The notes under the pieces are model-generated. The model was not told where the DNA came from. It saw only the letters and a program-made list of their open reading frames with translations, and searched no databases. DNA of 63,989 nt, counting the filler, from Myxococcota bacterium (lineage in GTDB: Bacteria > Myxococcota > Myxococcia > Myxococcales > Myxococcaceae): assembly GCA_049322255.1 (NCBI GenBank). It is 4 parts of 4 records of this genome, joined end to end, with 100 filler letters (N's around TTAATTAATTAA, not from the genome) between each part and the next. Parts side by side here need not be neighbours in the genome. Positions count along the whole stretch, not along the records: positions 1 to 30,181 come from JBMORE010000042.1; 3 more parts are not named here. One strand, given 5' to 3'. The first letter of the stretch is position 1, and each line of letters starts with the position of its first letter. The position numbers and the translations under genes were made by a program. Positions 17,020-25,195 of this stretch are shown piece after piece.

Positions 17020-18753
17020 TTGCCACCGTTCCTCCAGCGCGCGCTCCTCGCCGCGATCGTCGTCTCTTCCAGTTGTCATCGCGCCGTTCGTGACGGAAAG
17101 CCGACACGAGCGCTGGACAGTGGGGTGGAAGAGGTGTTCGGGGCTCCCGATGGTCCAGCGGTGAGCTGGGACTTCGGCGACGGCTCACCCGTGGTCATCG
17201 GCCGCCAGGTGCGCCACGCCTTCGTCCGTTCGGGCCGCTACCAGGTGCGCGCGCTCGACGGCGCCGAAACGGTCGCCTCCCAAGAGGTCGAGGTCGTGCC
17301 GCGATCGCTCTTGCGCGCCGTTCCTTCGAGCGCCAGCGCGCTGGTCTACCTGCCCGCGCTCGCCGACGACCTTTCTTTGACGGTCGATTTCCTCGAACGG
17401 CTTTTTGGGGCGGAGTCCACCCAGAGGCACCTGGAGGAGTCGTACCTTCCGGCGGTGGCGATGGAGCTTTCCGCCTCCCAGGCAGACGCGGTGGATTCCC
17501 AGGAGGGGCTGGGTCTGTTCACCCTGACGGGATTCGACGGCACGGTGGCGCTCTTGGGAGTGGCAGATGGCGAGCGCGCCCTCGCCGCGCTGGTTCGCCA
17601 CTTCGAGGCGCAGGGCGGCACGAGCAAGATCGCCGCGGATGGGACGGTGTGGCTCCGTGAGGCCACAGGCGCCGAGTCCGTCGCGCTGCTCGATCGCGGC
17701 TACCTCTATTGGGTGGGCGCCGGGAGCCAACCCCTGGCGCTGTCGGCCGCTGTGGCTGCGGTGCGCACCGCCGATGCCAAGGGGTTGGAGGAAAAAATCG
17801 AGCTGGCACGGGCGCGCGCGCGGGTGGCCCCTGGCGATGCGTACGTCTTCGTCGACTCTCCCTCATGGTTGGGCGCAAACGACGCGCGGGTGAAGGTCTT
17901 CTTCGCTTCGCTGGCGATCGGCGAGCACGAGCTGACGGTCGACGGATTTTTCGACGCTGGCGAACCGCTGTGGGCGAGCCACGCGGCGGTGGAAGTTCCG
18001 CTGCTCCGCAAGGCGCCCGAGGGGCCGGTGGCAGCGGCGGTGGTTTCGGTGCCGCCGTCGGAGCTCGCGCGTCTTCTGGTAGGCGAGGCGGGCACCCAAC
18101 GCCGGCTCGCTGCCGACATGCGCTTTCGGCGCGCGGGGCTGGACCTCGAGGAGTTGCTCGCTGCGCTCGTAGGCGATGTGGCCGCCTTGGCGTACTTCGA
18201 CGCGGAGGCCTTCTTCGACAACTTGGTGCATGGCAGTGAGCGGCCCGAGCCGCGCGGCACCGTGTGGGTGGAGGCGGGTTTGTCGCGCGATGAGCCGGTG
18301 GCCCAGTTGATTGAAGAGACGCTCGACGCCTGGTCCCTTCGCCATGACCGGGTGAAGGAGAAGGGTTTTTCCCGCTACCGCACCCGCCTCTCGGGCCAGT
18401 CCCTCGACATCACCCTCACCCCTCGCCGAGCGCGGCTCGTCGGCGGAACGGAGCCCGTGGGGCGCGCGGAGGTGGACCTCGCCTCGCAGCTCGTCGCGCG
18501 CTTCGGGGGCGGAGCATTCTCCTCCGGCCACGTGAGCCTGATGGTGGACTTGGGCCAGCTCCGAAAAGAGCTCGAGCATCCACGGCAAATTCCCGGCGTC
18601 GATGCGCGCCGCCTGGTGACGGTGCAGGGATTCAGCGCCGCCTTCTTGGCGCAGCTCACCCCCGTCGACCATGCGTTCCTCGACCTGGGGCCGGAGGAGG
18701 GTGGGGCACGGCTCCAGGGGCGGTTGGTGCTGCGCAGGCGACAGACGGAGTGA
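17020..18753 (+). CDS. PKD-domain lipoprotein
   Basis: Putative lipobox SSSC; PKD motif WDFGDGS...H.F...G.Y.V. Confidence 0.7.
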   Translation: MPPFLQRALLAAIVVSSSCHRAVRDGKPTRALDSGVEEVFGAPDGPAVSWDFGDGSPVVIGRQVRHAFVRSGRYQVRALDGAETVASQEVEVVPRSLLRAVPSSASALVYLPALADDLSLTVDFLERLFGAESTQRHLEESYLPAVAMELSASQADAVDSQEGLGLFTLTGFDGTVALLGVADGERALAALVRHFEAQGGTSKIAADGTVWLREATGAESVALLDRGYLYWVGAGSQPLALSAAVAAVRTADAKGLEEKIELARARARVAPGDAYVFVDSPSWLGANDARVKVFFASLAIGEHELTVDGFFDAGEPLWASHAAVEVPLLRKAPEGPVAAAVVSVPPSELARLLVGEAGTQRRLAADMRFRRAGLDLEELLAALVGDVAALAYFDAEAFFDNLVHGSERPEPRGTVWVEAGLSRDEPVAQLIEETLDAWSLRHDRVKEKGFSRYRTRLSGQSLDITLTPRRARLVGGTEPVGRAEVDLASQLVARFGGGAFSSGHVSLMVDLGQLRKELEHPRQIPGVDARRLVTVQGFSAAFLAQLTPVDHAFLDLGPEEGGARLQGRLVLRRRQTE

Positions 18754-18776
18754 AGGGCGGTTTTGGGGCGCGGCAG

Positions 18777-20735
18777 CTACCGAATCGCCACGCCCACGCT
18801 CTGCAGCGACTCTTTGAACAGGCTCAGGGTATGCGCGCCGCCGGCGGAGAAATGCTCGTCGGCATGGTTGGCGTTTTGCGCATCGGCGAGCTTGATGCTC
18901 GGCGGGAGCTGGGCGTGATCGAGCAACGCCTTCCACGTCTCGCGGTCGAGCTGCCCGGTGTCGACGTCGATGGCCTTGGCGGCCATGAGCAGCCCCGCGG
19001 CCTTGGCGTCGCCGGGAGAGAGGCCCTCCCTCTGGGCGAAGTACCGGCCGAGCTCGTAGTGCAGCGCCGCTCCCAGCGTCTCCTCGGTGGCGTGCGCGTA
19101 GTGCTTGTTCACTTGGAGCTTGTAGACCTCCCCACCGTCCTCTCCGCGCACAGGAGTGAGCTTCACCAGAGGGTCGGTGGGAGCCCCTTCGTAGTAGCCG
19201 GCGTTGAGCACCCCTTGGTTCTGCATCGGCTGGGCCCACTGGTTGTACCCCGCGAGGCGCTGGAAGCGAAGAATCGCCCCGTGCACTGCGCGCCCGTCGA
19301 GCACGTCTGCGGCCTTGCCTGGGTCTTGGGGCGTGAGCTGCGCCGACACGTGTGCCTGCGGGTGAAAAGTGTCGTAGTTCACCACCCGGTCCCAGCTGTC
19401 CACCTTGCCGTCCTTGTCGCGATCGAGCGCGCGTTTCGCCAGGAGGGTATCGGAGGGGAAGTAGTAGTTGTCCGAGTTGCGGCGCGTGTTCTGAGTGGAG
19501 ATTTGCGACCAGGGCTGCCGCTTGGAGATGCCCTCCAGCGCGTTGAGAAACGTCTCGTGGTCCTGAGAGGCGTAGGAGGAGTTCTTCGAGCTCACCACCT
19601 GGAGGTCGGGGTAGCGCTCGAGCACCGCGTCGTGCACGCCTTTGCCGCCGCACTGGAGGAGGAAGAAAGCCTTGGCGCCTGCTTGTTCGGGAGCCCCGCG
19701 CAGGTGTGAAGGCACTTCGCGCCCGTAGTTGGCGTGGCCGCTGTAGACCACCATGTGCGTCTTGGGGTCGTTCATCTTCTCGAACAGCTCTTGCGGGCCG
19801 TCGTGCATCGTCAGCTCCACCTCGGTCTGAATGCGCTGGGTGGAGCCGTCGTTGAGATCGCGCTCGTAGGTGTACGGCTTCTTCAGGGTCACCGTTCCGT
19901 CGCGGTTCTCCTTCTTGGTGAAGCCGCGGGAGACGTAGGCGTCGATCTCCTCCTCCCAAAACCCGTTGCCCACGTAGTAGTCGACCTTCAGCTTGGTGTT
20001 GCCGTTCTTGAACCACTCTTCGTAGGGCGGAGTGAGCGGAGCAACCTCGCGCATCAGGGTGTCGATCTGCGGCCGCGCCGAGTGGGGCAGAGCGCCCTTG
20101 GCCCGGTCGAGGTCGTAGATCATGAAGTTGCGCGCCAGCCCGTGCGGCTCGCTCTCCAAGAGCTGCAGGTAGGCGTTCAGCGCCTGCTCTTGCAGCGCCC
20201 GCTCGGTAGGTTGGGAGGAATCGAGGCTCTTGGCGAGGTCGAGGAGGAGCGGTGCCGCGGCGGCGCGTGTCTGCAAGGCCTGGGTCTTGTTGGCAAAGCC
20301 GTTGGTGCGGGAGAGCTCGGGGTTGGCGGCGTTGAACGCCTGCCGGAGGGAGATGAGCGCCGCTGCCTTCCGCTCCACGGTGAGCGACGGTTGAGCGAAG
20401 AGGTTTTCGCCCGTGGTCTCCGAAAGCTGCGCGGCTTGGAAGAGCAGCTCACCTTGCTCCTGCACGGAGGCGGGAGCGCTCTGGGAGGAATCGCCCACGA
20501 TGTGGCCGGCGCTGGAAAAAAAGAGGCTCGCGCCTGGGCGCAGGGGAACCGGATTCGCCGCCGTCGGCGTGCTCCGGTTCGAGGGAGAGGAGAAGCCGTC
20601 GGTGCTCGGGCGGGCGCTGCCTCCCGTGCGCACCCATCCGCGGTTTTGGGGCTCATTGGGCGCGGTCGGCCCTGGGGTGGTGGAGGGGGTGGACGACGGC
20701 GCGGAAGGGTTGTCGGTCCTGCGAATGCGCGGCAT
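18777..20735 (-). CDS. Hypothetical protein with putative clan CD (caspase-fold) His-Cys dyad
   Basis: Long ORF with GC-biased codons, RBS before MPRIRR; VVYSGHA and FFLLQC motifs; EF-hand-like DRDKDGKVD. Confidence 0.6.
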   Translation of the reverse strand: MPRIRRTDNPSAPSSTPSTTPGPTAPNEPQNRGWVRTGGSARPSTDGFSSPSNRSTPTAANPVPLRPGASLFFSSAGHIVGDSSQSAPASVQEQGELLFQAAQLSETTGENLFAQPSLTVERKAAALISLRQAFNAANPELSRTNGFANKTQALQTRAAAAPLLLDLAKSLDSSQPTERALQEQALNAYLQLLESEPHGLARNFMIYDLDRAKGALPHSARPQIDTLMREVAPLTPPYEEWFKNGNTKLKVDYYVGNGFWEEEIDAYVSRGFTKKENRDGTVTLKKPYTYERDLNDGSTQRIQTEVELTMHDGPQELFEKMNDPKTHMVVYSGHANYGREVPSHLRGAPEQAGAKAFFLLQCGGKGVHDAVLERYPDLQVVSSKNSSYASQDHETFLNALEGISKRQPWSQISTQNTRRNSDNYYFPSDTLLAKRALDRDKDGKVDSWDRVVNYDTFHPQAHVSAQLTPQDPGKAADVLDGRAVHGAILRFQRLAGYNQWAQPMQNQGVLNAGYYEGAPTDPLVKLTPVRGEDGGEVYKLQVNKHYAHATEETLGAALHYELGRYFAQREGLSPGDAKAAGLLMAAKAIDVDTGQLDRETWKALLDHAQLPPSIKLADAQNANHADEHFSAGGAHTLSLFKESLQSVGVAIR

Positions 20736-20797
20736 GAAAACCCCCTTGGCGTTGCTCCAATTGAACACGCCGGAGGAAAAAACGGTAGGTTGCGGTG

Positions 20798-20828
20798 CTC
20801 CCTAGAGGGAGAGGGTTGGGGTGAGGGG
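20798..20828 (-). repeat. REP-like hairpin directly upstream of moaD-moaE
   Basis: CTCCCTAGAGGGAGAGGGTTGGGGTGAGGGG. Confidence 0.8.
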
Positions 20829-20829
20829 C

Positions 20830-21489
20830 ATGAAAGTGACCGTCCTATACTTCGCCGCCGCGCGCGAGCGCGCGAACACCTCGCGCGAGTCCTTCGAGCT
20901 TTCAGGCACGCCGACGGTGGCGAAGCTGCTCGAGGAGGTGCGTAGGCGGCATCCTCCGTTGGCGGACGTGTTGAAGCACCTTCGGGTGGCGGTGAACCAG
21001 GAGTTCGCTGCCCTCGAAGCGCCGCTGGAAGAGGGCGCCCAGGTCGCCCTCATTCCCCCGGTGGCCGGAGGCAGCGGCTCTTTCGCCGTCGTCGATCGGC
21101 CCCTGGCCCTCTCCGAGGTCGTGGAGGCGGTGGGTGGAACGGAGCAGGGCGGGCTGGTCACCTTCACCGGGGTGGTGCGCGACCAGACGAAAGGCCGCGC
21201 GGTGAAAAGGCTGGAGTACGAGGCCTACGTTCCGATGGCAGAAAAGAAGCTCTCCCAGATCGGCGCCGAGGCCGTCGCCAGGTGGCCGGGAACGCGCCTG
21301 TCCATCGTGCACCGGGTGGGCACGCTGCTTCCAGGAGAGGCCGCGGTGGTGATCGCCGCCTCCGCTCCTCACCGCAAAGAAGCGTTTCGCGCCTGCGAAT
21401 ACGCCATCGACCGGCTCAAAGAAGACGTGCCCATCTGGAAGAAAGAGCACTACGCCGACGGGGAAGTCTGGGTGGGACTGGGTCCTTGA
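20830..21489 (+). CDS. moaX: Fused molybdopterin synthase MoaD-MoaE
   Basis: VLYFAAARE...VAVNQE...IPPVAGG then F.GVVRD, LEYEAY, HRVG.L, LKEDVPIWKKE. Confidence 0.9.
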   Translation: MKVTVLYFAAARERANTSRESFELSGTPTVAKLLEEVRRRHPPLADVLKHLRVAVNQEFAALEAPLEEGAQVALIPPVAGGSGSFAVVDRPLALSEVVEAVGGTEQGGLVTFTGVVRDQTKGRAVKRLEYEAYVPMAEKKLSQIGAEAVARWPGTRLSIVHRVGTLLPGEAAVVIAASAPHRKEAFRACEYAIDRLKEDVPIWKKEHYADGEVWVGLGP

Positions 21490-21552
21490 TTTGTGTAGTC
21501 TGCCGCGCGGCAAAAAATCGCTCGAAGAGGAATTGTGATGCTTCGCACCAGT

Positions 21553-23625
21553 ATGATGAGCAGCGCCCCTCACCCCCACCCTCTCCCCAAGGGAGAAGGA
21601 GTCCGAGGGCTCCTGGGCCTTTCGCTCTTCCTCGCCGCGCAGCTCGGCTGTCCGGCATGTGAGCCGCCGCCCCCCGTGGAGGACGCGGGCGAAGACGCAG
21701 GGCCACCTCCCACGCCTCTCACCCTGTGGCAGATCGCTCCGGACTTCGGCCCCTCTTCAGGAGGCACCGAGGTCACCGTCATCGGCGCCGGCTTCGAGGA
21801 GGGAGTGACCGCCGCCATCGGGGACAAGGACCTCACCGAGCTGCAGGTCATCGATGCGCAGACCCTCAAGGGGAAGACCATCCCCACCCCGCCCGGAACC
21901 TACCCGGTGAAAGTCACCCGCGGAGTGGAGAGCGCCGCCGCCCTGCCCGACGGAGGGCTCATCGAGTTCCGCTTCACCTGCCGCATCGACGACGACTGCG
22001 AAGCGCTCAACCGGGGCCTGCGCTGCGACGAGAAGACCGGCAGCTGCGTGGATGCGCGAGGCTGCAACGACGACACCAACTGTGTCTCGCAAGATCCGGA
22101 CGACTATTGCTACGCCTTCGGCACCCAGTGCCGCTGCGTCACCGAGACCAACGACACCGGCTTCCCTGGGGTGTGCCGCCGTCGTCGCGCGCCGTGCGAG
22201 CCGTGCACCGACGACAGCCAGTGCGGCCAAGGGGCGGTGTTCGACCCTCCGGGCAAGTGCGCCACCATTCAAGGGGACACCAGCGGCCAGAAGTACTGCG
22301 TGTACGCCGCGCAGCCCACCTGCGGCTGCGGCTTCGTCAACCGCAACGGCTACTGCGAACCGCAGAAGAGCTGCAAGGAGGTCGGCTGCACCGCTGACAA
22401 GGACTGCCCAGGAGGCTCGGTGTGCGACGTCGCCCGTTGTCTGTGCGAGGCCAAGTGCCGCTGGGACTTCGCCTCCAAGGCCGAGGCGCCCCCGGGCTGC
22501 CCCCCAGGCAGGGTCTGCTGGGTGGACAACGCCAACTTGGACCCTAGCTCGCTCTTCTTCGGCGCCGGCCGCTGCCGCCCGCCGTGCAGCAGCGACACCG
22601 ACTGTACCAACACTGCGCTCAATCCCTTCGGAGGTCCGCGGCTCAAGTGCGCCAGCGAAAAGCTCGCCGGGGGAGGGGACTCGCCCATGCGCTGCCGGGC
22701 CAATGGCGAGTGCATGGACAACCTCGAGTGCCCGGAGTCGCCCCCCACGGTGAACGAGCTGGGCTACTGCGACCGGGCCAGCTTCACCTGCAAAACCGAC
22801 TGCCGCCTGGGCATCGACCCCACGACCGCTCAGAGCTACGCCGACTGCAAGCCCTCCTACAAGTGCGCGCCCGCCGACGGGGGCAACGCCTGCGTGCTGC
22901 AGACCTGCGCCGAGCAGGGAGGAGCCCGCATCGCCTGCCGCCGCGGCCAGTACTGCTGCGGAGAGGACAAGAACGGCGATGGAAACGCCGACCCCTGCCC
23001 GCCGGCCACCCAGCTGGGGCCTGACAAGTGCTACGACGCGCCCGAGCCGCCCTTCTGCTTCACCTGCCAAAACGACGACGACTGCAAGAATTTCAACCCG
23101 CCCGCCTACCTCACCGGCCCAGGAGCATGCACCAACGGCTCCAAGTCGCCCAGCTGCAGCCCTCTGCCCAGCCTGTGCATTTACGGCGGCAACCGGCCGG
23201 ACAACTCGCAGGGGGTGAACGTCTGCGCGCCCTCCACCTACAACGACTCGACGAAAGACTCCTTCGGGGTGGGGAAGGACCAGCGCGGCTGCCCGGCGGG
23301 TTACGCGGCCACCGGCTTCCGTCCCAAATTCGTACAAGGAGACGACTTCTGCAACTCGAACGCCGATTGCAGCGTGGGCAATGACGCCGGCATCTGCGAC
23401 TTCGACACCTCGGTGCGTCTACAGGATGGCGGCTACCCCAAGGCGTGTTTGTGCACCTCGCCTGGTCAGGTGGGTCAGTGCCCCAACGACCCCGACGCCG
23501 GCATCACCAGCGTGTGCAAGTTCGGCATCGCCACCCCCACGGTGTGCTTGCAGTCGGTGGTGTGCACGCCCTCCTTCTCCATCTACGCGCCCCGAGGGCC
23601 TACCGAGTTCGGGTGTGGGCTGTAG
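21553..23625 (+). CDS. Cys-rich surface lipoprotein with IPT/TIG domain
   Basis: Lipobox QLGC; IAPDFGPSSGGTEVTVIG.GF; many C..D.DC repeats; start uncertain. Confidence 0.75.
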   Translation: MMSSAPHPHPLPKGEGVRGLLGLSLFLAAQLGCPACEPPPPVEDAGEDAGPPPTPLTLWQIAPDFGPSSGGTEVTVIGAGFEEGVTAAIGDKDLTELQVIDAQTLKGKTIPTPPGTYPVKVTRGVESAAALPDGGLIEFRFTCRIDDDCEALNRGLRCDEKTGSCVDARGCNDDTNCVSQDPDDYCYAFGTQCRCVTETNDTGFPGVCRRRRAPCEPCTDDSQCGQGAVFDPPGKCATIQGDTSGQKYCVYAAQPTCGCGFVNRNGYCEPQKSCKEVGCTADKDCPGGSVCDVARCLCEAKCRWDFASKAEAPPGCPPGRVCWVDNANLDPSSLFFGAGRCRPPCSSDTDCTNTALNPFGGPRLKCASEKLAGGGDSPMRCRANGECMDNLECPESPPTVNELGYCDRASFTCKTDCRLGIDPTTAQSYADCKPSYKCAPADGGNACVLQTCAEQGGARIACRRGQYCCGEDKNGDGNADPCPPATQLGPDKCYDAPEPPFCFTCQNDDDCKNFNPPAYLTGPGACTNGSKSPSCSPLPSLCIYGGNRPDNSQGVNVCAPSTYNDSTKDSFGVGKDQRGCPAGYAATGFRPKFVQGDDFCNSNADCSVGNDAGICDFDTSVRLQDGGYPKACLCTSPGQVGQCPNDPDAGITSVCKFGIATPTVCLQSVVCTPSFSIYAPRGPTEFGCGL
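21566..21599 (+). repeat. REP-like hairpin in the 5' part of the Cys-rich gene
   Basis: CCCCTCACCCCCACCCTCTCCCCAAGGGAGAAGG. Confidence 0.85.
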
Positions 23626-23652
23626 CTGACTGGCAGACTCGAGCCGAGCCAG

Positions 23653-23847
23653 CTACCACAATGTCGCCACTTCTCTTGACCGGCGAATGTTCTCGTCACG
23701 CGTCAGGAGGGTGAGACCGTGCACGCGCGCAGTCGCGCCAATGAGGCGGTCTGCTGGGTCCTTTGGAAATCGGCTTGAAAACTGCTCCGAGTCGACGGCG
23801 ATGTCCGCCGCCCAAATCCATGCATGTGTATCGAGCAGGTATTTCAT
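23653..23847 (-). pseudogene. vapC: VapC (PIN) toxin with in-frame internal deletion (64 aa)
   Basis: N-terminal LLDTHAWIW joined almost directly to C-terminal DPADRLI.ATA..HGLTLLTRD; ATGA-coupled to the antitoxin. Confidence 0.75.
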
Positions 23848-24086
23848 TCTCCCGAAAACCACTCTTGTTCGGGAATGATGGGGCCGCTGATATCTCCAGG
23901 AACACGTGCGCTGCCACGCAGGCATCCGACCAAGCCTCGCGCACGCCGCGCGCCCCGCTTGGGCGCGAGCACGGCAACCTCTCGATCGCGCCGAAGGATC
24001 GCTATTGTCTCGCCGTGTTCGGCCCGACGAACGTATTGGCTCACCTTGTTACGAAACTCGCCAACCTGGACTTTTGTCTTTGCCAT
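23844..24086 (-). CDS. Phd/YefM-family antitoxin
   Basis: VQVGEFRNKVSQYVRRAEHGETIAILRRDREVAVL; upstream of vapC. Confidence 0.8.
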   Translation of the reverse strand: MAKTKVQVGEFRNKVSQYVRRAEHGETIAILRRDREVAVLAPKRGARRARGLVGCLRGSARVPGDISGPIIPEQEWFSGE

Positions 24087-24119
24087 GGCGATTTTCAAAA
24101 TAGCCAAGTTTTATCGCCA
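24086..24119. promoter_or_regulatory. Putative TA autoregulatory operator
   Basis: Near-perfect palindrome TGGCGATTTT-C-AAAATAGCCA (24086-24106) abutting the antitoxin ATG, plus another half-site ATCGCCA (24113-24119). Confidence 0.5.
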
Positions 24120-24131
24120 AGTGACCTGACG

Positions 24132-24166
24132 CCCCTCACCTAAGGCCCTCTCCCAGAGGGAGGGGG
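24132..24166 (+). repeat. REP-like hairpin containing the stop of the RseP paralog
   Basis: CCCCTCACCTAAGGCCCTCTCCCAGAGGGAGGGGG. Confidence 0.8.
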
Positions 24167-25195
24167 TGGGGGACTCGCGACGAGGCGGCGCACGTCTTGC
24201 GCGGCGATGTAGAAGATGAGCGCGATGAGCAGAACGAAGCCGAGCGTGTGGAGCAACGTCTCGACCTTGGGGCTCACCTTCCGCCCGGTGGCGGCCTCCA
24301 CGGCCACGAACGCCGCCCTTCCTCCATCGAGCGCGGGCACCGGGAGCAGGTTGAACACCGCGAGCGCGATGGAGATGCTCACCAGCACCCGCAAGAAGGC
24401 GTCGAGCCCGGTGGAGGCGGCGTCAGAGGCGGCCTTCACGACGCCGATGGGGCTGGTGAGCTGAACGCCGCCCTTGCCGCTCAGGAGCCGCCACAGCAGG
24501 CGCAACCCTTCGGCCATCAGGCGGTGCGCGTGGCCGAAAGAGGCTGACACCGCCTCCCCCAACGCCAGCCGGCGGAAGACGTACTGCTGCGCGATGCCCA
24601 GCCGGCCTACTCCGTTCTCCTCTCGGGGTTGCACCGTCACCTCGAGCTTTTCGCCCTCGCGCCCAAGCGTCAGCCGCAGGTCTTTCCCCGGGCTGTCGTT
24701 GACCCGCTCCACCAGACGAGACCACTGTTCGATCGGCTCCCCCTCCACGGCGGCCACCCGATCTCCCGGACGAAGCTGGGCGAGAGCCGCCGCCGAGCCG
24801 GGCTCGATGGCCCCGATGGTCATCGGCACCGGCATGTGCGTGCCAGCAAGGTGCAGCCCGATGAGCACCACGATCGCCAAGAGGTAGTTGAAGAACGAGC
24901 CGGCCAAGAGCACCAACAGCCGCTGCCCGGGGCGCTTGGCCGCAAACGACGCCGGGTCGTTGGTCCGGGCTCCCTCCTCGTGCGGGTTCATGCCCTGAAT
25001 GCGCACGAAGCCCCCCAAGGGAATCGCTCCCAGGGTGTATTCGGTCTGGCCACGCCGGAAGGTGAAGATCGCCGGCCCGAAGCCCACCGAATAGCGCAAG
25101 ACCTTGATGCGGAAGGCGCGCGCCGCCAACAGGTGCCCCAGCTCGTGGAAGGCCACGAGCAGCCCCAGCGCGAGAATGGCGAAGAGGTAGCGCAT
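24140..25195 (-). CDS. Second RseP-like M50 metalloprotease (single PDZ)
   Basis: HELGH, IPLGGFV, PDZ LRPGDRV, NLLPVPALDGG. Confidence 0.88.
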   Translation of the reverse strand: MRYLFAILALGLLVAFHELGHLLAARAFRIKVLRYSVGFGPAIFTFRRGQTEYTLGAIPLGGFVRIQGMNPHEEGARTNDPASFAAKRPGQRLLVLLAGSFFNYLLAIVVLIGLHLAGTHMPVPMTIGAIEPGSAAALAQLRPGDRVAAVEGEPIEQWSRLVERVNDSPGKDLRLTLGREGEKLEVTVQPREENGVGRLGIAQQYVFRRLALGEAVSASFGHAHRLMAEGLRLLWRLLSGKGGVQLTSPIGVVKAASDAASTGLDAFLRVLVSISIALAVFNLLPVPALDGGRAAFVAVEAATGRKVSPKVETLLHTLGFVLLIALIFYIAAQDVRRLVASPPPPPSGRGP

